In this document: positions 1 to 7,188 of the stretch, piece by piece
Layout of the letters: each line of letters opens with the position of its first letter
Position numbering within the stretch: the stretch's first letter is position 1
IMG/VR virus record: IMGVR_UViG_3300032257_000006
Location: 14,953-78,952 of that record
DNA: 64,000 bases
Direction: 5' to 3' (one strand)
Source: a virus
Taxonomy: Duplodnaviria; Caudoviricetes
Translations under genes and position numbers: made by a program
Notes under the pieces: generated by a model
What the model was told of the DNA's origin: nothing
Seen by the model: the letters and a program-made list of their open reading frames with translations, nothing else
Databases searched by the model: none

Positions 1-197
1 TTTTCGCCACCTACCAGACGTGCAAGTACTTCTCCGGCGTCACCTTTAAACGTGAAGCCGCACTTAGAATATTTACCACCTGCTTTTGTCAGAGTTCGTT
101 TAACTTCTGCATAGTTTTCAATTGCAGTGTCTGGAAGGTTTAAGCGATTGCCGTCAACAATCATAAGTTTTAGTGATTCAATTAATTTTTCATTCAT
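1..197 (-). CDS. N-terminal part of a probable SAM-dependent DNA methyltransferase (runs off the window edge)
   Basis: Hand translation from ATG at 197: MNEKLIESLKLMIVDGNRLNLPDTAIENYAEVKRTLTKAGGKYSKCGFTFKGDAGEVLARLVGGE, open to the edge. It resembles the Y..VK..L...GGK....GF.F N-terminal domain I recall from phage methyltransferases. Catalytic motifs are not in the window. Confidence 0.45.
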   Translation of the reverse strand, partial: MNEKLIESLKLMIVDGNRLNLPDTAIENYAEVKRTLTKAGGKYSKCGFTFKGDAGEVLARLVGGE

Positions 198-201
198 GGT
201 T

Positions 202-495
202 TTATACTCTATCGTAATATTTTTGTTTGCGACCATCGCCTGCGTATTCAAATTCCGCATTGCTTCTGATCTCGTCGTGTTCTTCTTCGGAGTGAACTCC
301 GAACAAGGTGTAGTGAGTAGGGCCTGAGTTTTTCACTGTACGCAGTTCCCTGAGTAGTGGAAAATACTCTTCTCTATTTACTGTTAGTGTTGCCAGTCTC
401 ATCAGCCAGTCGCCTTCTCTAAAATAAACACGCATGACAACTTCTTTGAAAGTCTCATCAGCTATTTTAGAGTGTACTTCTAGTCCAGTTAACAT
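202..495 (-). CDS. hypothetical protein
   Basis: 97-aa ORF, AGGAGG RBS upstream, tightly packed in the minus-strand operon. Confidence 0.75.
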   Translation of the reverse strand: MLTGLEVHSKIADETFKEVVMRVYFREGDWLMRLATLTVNREEYFPLLRELRTVKNSGPTHYTLFGVHSEEEHDEIRSNAEFEYAGDGRKQKYYDRV

Positions 496-503
496 GCGGC
501 CTC

Positions 504-1061
504 CTAATAAGTAAAGTTAAGGTCTTTATCTATGTTACGTACCAGCCATCTGATCTTTTTATGTAGTTCGTTTATACCTTCATCGTTAACAATGGTGTCA
601 GAAATAAACGCATCACTTATTCCGTTCTCGCTACTGTGGCCAGACTTGCTAATCTTTTCCATTCCTGGCCGGACTATTTTGAATACCATACCGCCTCGCT
701 GCAGAATCATCTTGGCTTCGTTGTCGAAGCGAACATCAGTGAAAACTGTATTCTTTGACGTAGCTGCAATTCTCTGTTGCGCTCTTAATACCCACAACTC
801 TGGGTGAACTATATCGCGGCCCCATTCAGTACCTAAGGTCTGCAATAGTTCACGGTAGGTTAAGTCTATGCCGTCTGGTCGATAACCTGCTCGCTTACCT
901 AACTCCACAGCTTCTACAGTAGTTCCAAACATTGCAGCCAGTGCTTGGTACATTGGCATTGCGAATTTGTCTACTACAAATCCTTCGTTTACTACTAGGC
1001 AATTTCCTGCCTCATCTTTTCCGCAGCCTGCGTCACCATGTAATCCAATTAGTTTATTCAT
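504..1061 (-). CDS. deoxynucleoside monophosphate (dNMP) kinase
   Basis: P-loop GLHGDAGCGKD, FAMPM, RELLQTLGTEWGR and TDVRFDNEA motifs typical of phage dNMP kinases. Confidence 0.92.
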   Translation of the reverse strand: MNKLIGLHGDAGCGKDEAGNCLVVNEGFVVDKFAMPMYQALAAMFGTTVEAVELGKRAGYRPDGIDLTYRELLQTLGTEWGRDIVHPELWVLRAQQRIAATSKNTVFTDVRFDNEAKMILQRGGMVFKIVRPGMEKISKSGHSSENGISDAFISDTIVNDEGINELHKKIRWLVRNIDKDLNFTY

Positions 1062-1072
1062 TGTCTTTACCT

Positions 1073-1363
1073 TTAATTAAAAAATTTAGCGTTTGAGTAT
1101 TTAGCGATTACCTGACGCTTAGCGTCAGACCTATTCTTGGCTCTGAAGAATGCATACAACTCATTCTCTGGGTCATCTGTAGTGTAGGCACAGTACAGAG
1201 TGTCACCGCAGCCCCAGTAAGCTCCTCCAGAATCGTACGCTCCGTCAGAGGACATTCGAACCTGCACTAAGTGAACTGTTTCAGTTACCTTGTCAGGCCA
1301 GTGACAGTTTCGTCCTATTGGCGCACCTCTAGAACAATTTACTTCCGGTAAATCAATAGCCAT
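1073..1363 (-). CDS. conserved phage hypothetical protein
   Basis: 96-aa ORF with GAPIGR and GAYDSGGAYWG motifs, GGAGG RBS. Confidence 0.75.
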   Translation of the reverse strand: MAIDLPEVNCSRGAPIGRNCHWPDKVTETVHLVQVRMSSDGAYDSGGAYWGCGDTLYCAYTTDDPENELYAFFRAKNRSDAKRQVIAKYSNAKFFN

Positions 1364-1364
1364 A

Positions 1365-1490
1365 TCAAAACCCTCCAGTAAAAGTTATTACTACAAAGCC
1401 GTCAGTAACTGCAGCCTCAAACATCAGACCTTGTTTCACTAGCTCGTGAAGTGTCTCACCTAGCATGTCTATCGGTATTGTCAATTTCAT
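1365..1490 (-). CDS. small hypothetical protein (41 aa, below track cutoff)
   Basis: MKLTIPIDMLGETLHELVKQGLMFEAAVTDGFVVITFTGGF; ATGA overlap with the upstream stop; fills the gap exactly. Confidence 0.7.
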   Translation of the reverse strand: MKLTIPIDMLGETLHELVKQGLMFEAAVTDGFVVITFTGGF

Positions 1491-1861
1491 GTTTCATTTC
1501 CTATTTGTTCTAAGTTTACTAGTACACCAAATCGATAGAACGTTAAGTCGTAAAACTCTACTCGATCACCTGCCAGCAGCGAGTCGGTTTGAAATACCAT
1601 CTCACAATCTGTATCAGAAAGATCCTGAGAAAATTTATAACCATCTTTAGTTACAATTGAATAGCTAAAAATTACCCCAGTCATAGTTGCGAAACCAGAC
1701 GCTTTATAGCGGTTAAATCCTAAACTGAAGATACTTAATTTAGCTAGCGTCTCGTTTTTTCGGTTTCTTAGATAGAGATGGGCATCTGATTTTTGCTTCT
1801 TAGGTTTACGTGAGAACAACTTATTACAAAATCTCTTTGCCGAGGCTGTCAGGTTTTTCAT
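1487..1861 (-). CDS. hypothetical protein
   Basis: 124-aa ORF with ATGA overlaps at both ends. Confidence 0.7.
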   Translation of the reverse strand: MKNLTASAKRFCNKLFSRKPKKQKSDAHLYLRNRKNETLAKLSIFSLGFNRYKASGFATMTGVIFSYSIVTKDGYKFSQDLSDTDCEMVFQTDSLLAGDRVEFYDLTFYRFGVLVNLEQIGNET

Positions 1862-2580
1862 ATCAGCAAACCTGAGTCTAATTTATTGAACTCGTTTATC
1901 TTCCAGTTGGTGCCGTGGACAGTGATGGCGATATCTTTCTTAGTGCCATCGCATAACTTGCACATCTTGCAGGTCATATCAGCGTTCTTTTCAGCTGCAC
2001 AGATTGTTTCTTTAACAACTGTCTCTTCACCTGTTTTCTTTATTCTGAAAGTTTTCCAGCCTTTAGCGTTAGCCGCTAATTTGTCTTGTAAATTATCAAC
2101 CGATGCCATGCAATAATTTTGCAGTTCTTGGTCGCAATATTTCCAAGCGTGGGTATAGCCAGTATTGTTACGAGCGCCTTCAGATAACTGTTGCCACACC
2201 GTTAGAGGTACAGCTGCCGGATCTCCATAACTACCGAAACGCACAACCTGGTCTTTGCATAATTCGTTAAGGTTCTCAGCTACCTTCATGTCTCGGCGAT
2301 TGTAAGCATGCCACACCGCTGTTGGTGCTTGGTGTACTAAGACATAACAGGTCTTACCTCTAAGCTCACAGGTGCCGCAGATAGATTCATCAGCGCCTGT
2401 CTTTAATGCTTCGTTTGGTGCCATATCCTTACGTAGAATATACGTCTGAATAATCGGCCCAGTCTTTCTATTAGCACTAGGGCGCTTGAATCCAGTAGCC
2501 AGCACAATGATCGGTGACCCGTCTAACAATGACGGCCCGTCGTATACAAGGTACATACTATCTTTAACTTTTTTAGTCAT
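1858..2580 (-). CDS. Cys-rich putative Fe-S / radical-SAM-like phage protein
   Basis: NRKTG, ICGTCELRGKTCY, RFGSYGDPAAVP, TGYTHAW and C-terminal CKMCKLC. Start refined to ATG at 2580 behind an AGGAGAA RBS. Confidence 0.55.
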   Translation of the reverse strand: MTKKVKDSMYLVYDGPSLLDGSPIIVLATGFKRPSANRKTGPIIQTYILRKDMAPNEALKTGADESICGTCELRGKTCYVLVHQAPTAVWHAYNRRDMKVAENLNELCKDQVVRFGSYGDPAAVPLTVWQQLSEGARNNTGYTHAWKYCDQELQNYCMASVDNLQDKLAANAKGWKTFRIKKTGEETVVKETICAAEKNADMTCKMCKLCDGTKKDIAITVHGTNWKINEFNKLDSGLLI

Positions 2581-2598
2581 GAAAATTCTCCTGAAATG

Positions 2599-2614
2599 TT
2601 CGGACATGTCCGAA
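2599..2614. repeat. 16-bp palindrome copy 1, TTCGGACATGTCCGAA
   Basis: Between the stop at 2617 and the RBS of the next gene. Confidence 0.95.
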
Positions 2615-2616
2615 AG

Positions 2617-2877
2617 TTACTTTGCAACTAATTTGTACTGATTGTGTCTTGTGTTGTAGGTGTAAATCAGTTTCGATTTGTCACTAAAGACACAGGTATA
2701 TTTTACGCATTTTCCGCGGTCTGTATACAGGCTCTTAATTTCCTTAGGCGTCTCATTTACGGTGTCTGAAAAGTCTAACCGTTTACCCCACTTTGTGGTT
2801 CCGTAGCCGTCTTTCATAGACAGTTGAACACAATCTGCGGCTAGTATTGCTTTTCGTAACTCTGCTGCTTTAGTCAT
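2617..2877 (-). CDS. hypothetical protein
   Basis: 86-aa ORF with GGAG RBS; its stop abuts palindrome copy 1. Confidence 0.75.
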   Translation of the reverse strand: MTKAAELRKAILAADCVQLSMKDGYGTTKWGKRLDFSDTVNETPKEIKSLYTDRGKCVKYTCVFSDKSKLIYTYNTRHNQYKLVAK

Positions 2878-2892
2878 TCTAAATTCTCCAAA

Positions 2893-3159
2893 TTAAATAC
2901 AATGTCGTTCTCTAAGTTCTTCTTCGGTGTACTCTCCTTTATAGTAGTTACACCATTTACATCCCCGTTGGTGAGGAAAATACCAACCATCGCATGTACA
3001 TTTTACCCGTCTCGCATACTCTCTCCTCTCTTTTTCTACACAGTGTAAATTAGCACCGCATGCTTTACATTTAGGCTCCTTTACATATAGGTGTTTAGCC
3101 TTATTTAAAGTAACCCGCATCCTACATTTTTTACTATTGCACCTATACCGGTTAGGCAT
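2893..3159 (-). CDS. Cys/His-rich zinc-binding hypothetical protein
   Basis: CNSKKC, CKAC and CTC...HQRGCKWC motifs. Confidence 0.7.
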   Translation of the reverse strand: MPNRYRCNSKKCRMRVTLNKAKHLYVKEPKCKACGANLHCVEKERREYARRVKCTCDGWYFPHQRGCKWCNYYKGEYTEEELRERHCI

Positions 3160-3160
3160 A

Positions 3161-3631
3161 TTAGCTCCAAGTATTTAACGGGGCACATACTCCAAACATT
3201 TCGTACTCGTGATTTACATTCAAACTAGTATCAACACCTAAACTGAACAATAAATAATGAATCATCTCATGCTCAAGGATTGTAGTACGTTCAAGTCGTA
3301 AGATTTCAGCGAGTTCTACTACAATGATCCTGTCGTACTCGTAAGTGACGCCAGCCGCAGTACCTCTATTAAGGTCTTCAACTACTACAATGTGTGGGCC
3401 TTTACTTACTGACAAACCGGTGCAAGCTTGTACTCTATCCCAAGCATTTACAAACCAGCTTATATCTAACTGCTCTTCGGTGTGAAATTTTACAGTAATG
3501 CCTGTCCGAGCATCTCCTATGTCATAGTCACCGCTAGTAAATCCAGAACCGTAGTCACCATTAATATCGCAACCGGAAAGCGCCACTGACGCTAGTATAA
3601 AAAATCCTACTAATAAGATTGTCTGTTTCAT
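3161..3631 (-). CDS. putative lipoprotein with zincin (HExxH) motif
   Basis: Basic N-terminus, hydrophobic signal and lipobox LSGC; LEHEMIH metal-binding motif. Confidence 0.65.
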   Translation of the reverse strand: MKQTILLVGFFILASVALSGCDINGDYGSGFTSGDYDIGDARTGITVKFHTEEQLDISWFVNAWDRVQACTGLSVSKGPHIVVVEDLNRGTAAGVTYEYDRIIVVELAEILRLERTTILEHEMIHYLLFSLGVDTSLNVNHEYEMFGVCAPLNTWS

Positions 3632-3831
3632 TACTCTTCCTCTGTTAGCTCTACACTTAATAATTTAGCCAGTCTCTCTACTGCGTCAATACTTGAGTTT
3701 ACTGAATGATTATCAGGCACCCAATCCCCATCACCTAATAAATTAAAATCAGTCCTTAGGTTTGACAGTAGTTCAGTAATTTCCTGCCGGCTCTCTTTGT
3801 CGTACCTATGTACGTTAGTTGCCAGTGCCAT
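3631..3831 (-). CDS. hypothetical protein
   Basis: 66-aa ORF coupled to its neighbours. Confidence 0.65.
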   Translation of the reverse strand: MALATNVHRYDKESRQEITELLSNLRTDFNLLGDGDWVPDNHSVNSSIDAVERLAKLLSVELTEEE

Positions 3832-4165
3832 TTTCTGTATCCTCTTGCATGCTATGCATTATACCGTCCACTGAATCCCAACCTTGTAAATAACGTTTTA
3901 CGTAGTCGGTACTTTTACCTTCTTTGATAAGTGCAAGTTTTGCTAACTCTCGCTTATCTTTATTTTCTACGCCATACAAAACCAGACCGTCTAAAATTCC
4001 GGCCAGATAGTCTGTGACCATGTCGTCAGTTATCTTTCTCTTTGCCCCTGTAATTGCCTTAGCTACAAGATCAACTTCAGCTCCCCACAACGACCAACTA
4101 AAATCAATCTGCATGTCATCGTTAACTATTAGACTTGGGTGTCTAGTATTTTCATGAGCCATCAT
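3815..4165 (-). CDS. hypothetical protein
   Basis: 116-aa ORF with GGAGG RBS. Confidence 0.7.
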   Translation of the reverse strand: MMAHENTRHPSLIVNDDMQIDFSWSLWGAEVDLVAKAITGAKRKITDDMVTDYLAGILDGLVLYGVENKDKRELAKLALIKEGKSTDYVKRYLQGWDSVDGIMHSMQEDTENGTGN

Positions 4166-4178
4166 AATGTCCTCCAGA

Positions 4179-4406
4179 TTAGTTTAAGTCATCCATATAA
4201 TTTAAGTTGTCTGACCTTCTTATATGTACACCCCAAGTATTTATATAAATAAACTCCCAACCGTCTGGGAGAGTATAGTTACCAGAATGGTCGTAGTTGT
4301 AACCTTTGTACGGCCACTTATCTCCGTAACCATTCTTCAACCGTCTTTGGGATTGCTCGCATTGAGCTTCTGTAAGTTCGATAGTTTCACCCATCATCAT
4401 CTCCAC
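4179..4406 (-). CDS. hypothetical protein
   Basis: 75-aa ORF; the true start may be the ATG at 4394. Confidence 0.65.
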   Translation of the reverse strand: MEMMMGETIELTEAQCEQSQRRLKNGYGDKWPYKGYNYDHSGNYTLPDGWEFIYINTWGVHIRRSDNLNYMDDLN

Positions 4407-4494
4407 AATTAAACATAATTAATACAGTCACTACTACACCTACAGTAAGGCAGCAGAACACCATTATTCCCATTACAAATTGAACCTCTGTCAT
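4387..4494 (-). CDS. small single-TM protein (35 aa, below track cutoff)
   Basis: MTEVQFVMGIMVFCCLTVGVVVTVLIMFNCGDDDG; ATGA overlap with the 4491 stop. Confidence 0.6.
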   Translation of the reverse strand: MTEVQFVMGIMVFCCLTVGVVVTVLIMFNCGDDDG

Positions 4495-4796
4495 ACTCGT
4501 ATAGGCTCTTCGAACACATACTCAATAGCAGACTGACGGAAACCATAAACAACCTCTTCATGATGTACTGACTTGAAGTACTCTACGTAACCATCTTCAC
4601 GCATTGCCATATGCTCATCGTAACCAAGGTTACGTTCAATCTCTTCCAACTGGTCACGATTTACATTAGATAAAAAGCGTGCCCGAGTTATCTCAGTTCG
4701 TTTATCTATGAGATCGACAAGGCCGCCCTCTACATGTACATCGTCTGGGTTCCAATTAACACAGTCGCTGTAAAAATCTAATCGTTTATTTGGCAT
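4491..4796 (-). CDS. hypothetical protein
   Basis: 101-aa ORF with AGGAGAA RBS directly after palindrome copy 2. Confidence 0.75.
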   Translation of the reverse strand: MPNKRLDFYSDCVNWNPDDVHVEGGLVDLIDKRTEITRARFLSNVNRDQLEEIERNLGYDEHMAMREDGYVEYFKSVHHEEVVYGFRQSAIEYVFEEPIRV

Positions 4797-4814
4797 CTAA
4801 GTTCTCCTGAAATG

Positions 4815-4830
4815 TTCGGACATGTCCGAA
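4815..4830. repeat. 16-bp palindrome copy 2, TTCGGACATGTCCGAA
   Basis: Between the tRNA-like 3' end and the next RBS. Confidence 0.95.
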
Positions 4831-4840
4831 AGTTAATTAG

Positions 4841-4958
4841 AGCTGAGAGCTGGACTCGAACCAACGACCTCCACCTTAATAGGGTGGCGCTCTTCCCGTA
4901 GTGAGATACAGTCTTAGCAACAGTCTCACCTATTACCTCGCCTCTGAGCTATCCCAGC
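4841..4958 (-). tRNA. atypical tRNA-like gene: anticodon ATT, 53-nt D-loop, no encoded CCA
   Basis: Acceptor GCTGGGA/TCTCAGC; TA; D-stem GCTC/GAGC around a 53-nt loop; anticodon arm CCACC-CTATTAA-GGTGG (ATT at 4878-4880); variable loop AGGTC; T arm GTTGG-TTCGAGT-CCAGC. Confidence 0.85.
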
Positions 4959-4977
4959 TCTAATTAACCTTATATTA

Positions 4978-5121
4978 CTACTCTTATACAAGAACACTCT
5001 TTGAGATTATACCCCTCCCAAGGGGAACCTGCCTCGTTTTACAGAGTGGGAATACAGGTGAGTGCTCTTATATAAAAATAGTAGAAGTGGGAAGGATCAT
5101 CACCACAATAGATCCTCCCAC
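4978..5121 (-). ncRNA. candidate structured non-coding RNA upstream of the tRNA-like gene
   Basis: 16-bp helix 4984-4999/5060-5075 whose two mismatches are G-U pairs only on the minus strand; internal hairpins; separate 11-bp hairpin 5087-5121; no ORF in the track. Confidence 0.5.
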
Positions 5122-5205
5122 CAAGCTATGACTGGTGTGATTTGGGCACCGCCCATTACGTAACTACATTGTCCTATCCTCCAGTTAAGGTTTAGTATTT
5201 AAAAA

Positions 5206-5529
5206 TTACAGTGCTTGATTAGTTAGTCTAGCATACTCAATTGCGTTTTCGGTTTCACCTGTATCCACAAACTCTTTGAGAGCAAGTTTAGGCATGTTAC
5301 GCGGGCCACGAGGCCGGCCCCTGTTGTGTGCAGAAAATATTCTTTCCTTCTTACATTGGTCTATAAGATTATGCAGCCGCTCAACAGATGGTATCAGTTT
5401 ATAAGTAATTTTTAAGGCTCCAGGAAGTTTTATATATACCCAGTCACCTTCATGATTTCCACTTTCAATAGCATCGATGGCGAGCAGTACTCGTAGCTCG
5501 AACTCTTGAAATAATTGTTTAGCTGACAC
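5206..5529 (-). CDS. hypothetical protein with an AT-hook-like RGRPRGP motif
   Basis: 107 aa, GTG start, AGGAGG RBS adjacent to palindrome copy 3. Confidence 0.7.
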   Translation of the reverse strand: MSAKQLFQEFELRVLLAIDAIESGNHEGDWVYIKLPGALKITYKLIPSVERLHNLIDQCKKERIFSAHNRGRPRGPRNMPKLALKEFVDTGETENAIEYARLTNQAL

Positions 5530-5538
5530 AATTCCTCC

Positions 5539-5554
5539 TTAGGACTTGTCCGAA
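5539..5554. repeat. 16-bp palindrome copy 3, TTAGGACTTGTCCGAA
   Basis: Between the stop at 5558 and AGGAGG. Confidence 0.9.
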
Positions 5555-5557
5555 AGT

Positions 5558-6130
5558 TTAAATGTTACAGGTTTGTACTGCTGACTTAGCCTTAATATAT
5601 GCTGAATATTTTTCATCATACGCATACTTCGCTTTTACATGGTCAGTCAGTTCTTTAATTCGTTTCTTGTCCTTAAGGATAGTACCCATAGAACTTAGTG
5701 GCCCCTTTATTCCTTTTTGGTATTCGAACAAGTTACTGGGGTAGGTGTAGGTAAGCGTATCTTTAGTACTCGCACTTTCTTTTGCGAGTGTAAGTACACC
5801 CCATTTATTTTCACCATTATTACCTGTAGTTACACCTTCAGGCGGTACTGGTACAGGGTTTTTACTGTAGATGGCTTTTGCTTCGAAGAACTTCTCAATT
5901 TTAGTCTTGTGCTCTAGTAGAAACTCTTCCAGCAACTCTACAGCGTAGCTAATCTCGGCGGCTGATGGGTTTGTTTTGCCAAATCGTATACCAGATATTG
6001 CAAACAAAGGTTGGCCGCATGGCCCTACTATCTCCATATATTTCTTATCTTCCTGAACTCGTACATGGTAATCACCGAGTCGGTTGTTATTCAATAAGGA
6101 TTGACATGCTTTACGTAACATTAAACTCAT
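5558..6130 (-). CDS. hypothetical protein
   Basis: 190-aa ORF; its stop abuts palindrome copy 3. Confidence 0.8.
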   Translation of the reverse strand: MSLMLRKACQSLLNNNRLGDYHVRVQEDKKYMEIVGPCGQPLFAISGIRFGKTNPSAAEISYAVELLEEFLLEHKTKIEKFFEAKAIYSKNPVPVPPEGVTTGNNGENKWGVLTLAKESASTKDTLTYTYPSNLFEYQKGIKGPLSSMGTILKDKKRIKELTDHVKAKYAYDEKYSAYIKAKSAVQTCNI

Positions 6131-6161
6131 AATAATTCTCGCTTTTAATTTTCAATTTAGT

Positions 6162-6380
6162 TTATAAAATAAGTGCAGGGTAGTTCATGTGATGATCAGG
6201 TACATCTATATGTACAATGAACTGTGTACAGCCTTCTACAAGGTCGGGAAGTTTGCCATTAAATCTCAGCTCCCTTACCTCTTCGAAGATCTCGTAAATT
6301 TGCTCCTTTTCTGTTTCGTATGAGCCAGTAGAATAGAACTTACCGGTAGTTGGTTTGAAATAATTAAGATTTACTTTCAC
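6162..6380 (-). CDS. hypothetical protein
   Basis: 72 aa, GTG start, AGGAGAA RBS. Confidence 0.7.
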   Translation of the reverse strand: MKVNLNYFKPTTGKFYSTGSYETEKEQIYEIFEEVRELRFNGKLPDLVEGCTQFIVHIDVPDHHMNYPALIL

Positions 6381-6389
6381 AATTTTCTC

Positions 6390-7184
6390 CTAAAGTAATC
6401 CACGTTCGGCAAAAGATACGACTTCATCTCCTACTATAAAATGATCTAACACCCGCATATCTAAGAAGCTAAGTGCCTCCTTAAGTCGTTCAGTGATGCG
6501 TTGATCTGCGCTACTTGGCTCAGTATTGCCTGAGGGGTGATTGTGTACAAAAATCACTGCCGCTGCATTGACCTTCAATGCAGACTTAACTACTTCACGA
6601 GGGTATACACTAGCACCGTCTATAGTGCCTCTGAACATGTCCTCTACCTCAAGTACACGGTGACGTTGGTCGAGCCATATGCATGAGAACACTTCGTGCT
6701 CAAGCTTTCTGTATTTTACCTTTAGGAATTGGCGCATAGCTTCTGGAGAGTCCATAACCTCTCCGTTTCTAACTTTAGTTTCCAGTATCCGAGCTGCCGC
6801 ATCTAGGATGTCTTCTTCCAGCCAGTGTTCTATGATAGGTGTCTCTACAGGAAACGCTTCACTGAAGCCTGCAATTTTAGCTGGGTTCTTCTTATAACTA
6901 TCACTTACTACGGTGTTCCACAAGTAAACCTCGGCGTCATCCAACTTAGCAAATGCCTCTTCAGTGTTTTCAAATATTACATTGAATGTCCCACCGTTTA
7001 CGTCAATGTAAATAAAATACTCCTTCTGGTTTCCGTAAGTGTAGCCACAGATACTGGCAAAGTAGTCAGCTAAATCTACGTCTATACTGTCTTCCCACTT
7101 TCGTTCACCTATAAATTCCAAGTAGGTCATTTTACTTGGCACTTTGTACTCAACTTCTTCTTCTGAATTTACTTTGTTAGTCAT
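6390..7184 (-). CDS. radC: RadC-family JAB/MPN domain protein with an extra N-terminal domain
   Basis: EHEVF..IWLD, GTIDGASVYPREVV and HNHPSG..EPS.AD..IT motifs in the C-terminal ~150 aa; unrelated ~110-aa N-terminus. Confidence 0.9.
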   Translation of the reverse strand: MTNKVNSEEEVEYKVPSKMTYLEFIGERKWEDSIDVDLADYFASICGYTYGNQKEYFIYIDVNGGTFNVIFENTEEAFAKLDDAEVYLWNTVVSDSYKKNPAKIAGFSEAFPVETPIIEHWLEEDILDAAARILETKVRNGEVMDSPEAMRQFLKVKYRKLEHEVFSCIWLDQRHRVLEVEDMFRGTIDGASVYPREVVKSALKVNAAAVIFVHNHPSGNTEPSSADQRITERLKEALSFLDMRVLDHFIVGDEVVSFAERGLL

Positions 7185-7188
7185 AATC

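Noticed and set aside
2602-2611. Palindrome core GGACWWGTCC equals the p53 half-site RRRCWWGYYY
   Set aside because: Coincidence; no p53-like protein is expected or seen in a bacteriophage of this type.
2599-2614. Identity of the palindrome with F/N15 sopC (TGGGACC-nn-GGTCCCA)
   Set aside because: The GGAC/GTCC spacing and outer bases differ, and no ParA/ParB genes are in the window. Kept only as an analogy.
4893-4945. Archaeal-type bulge-helix-bulge intron in the tRNA D-loop
   Set aside because: I could not build a 3-4-3 BHB at the insert boundaries, and the phage context is bacterial.
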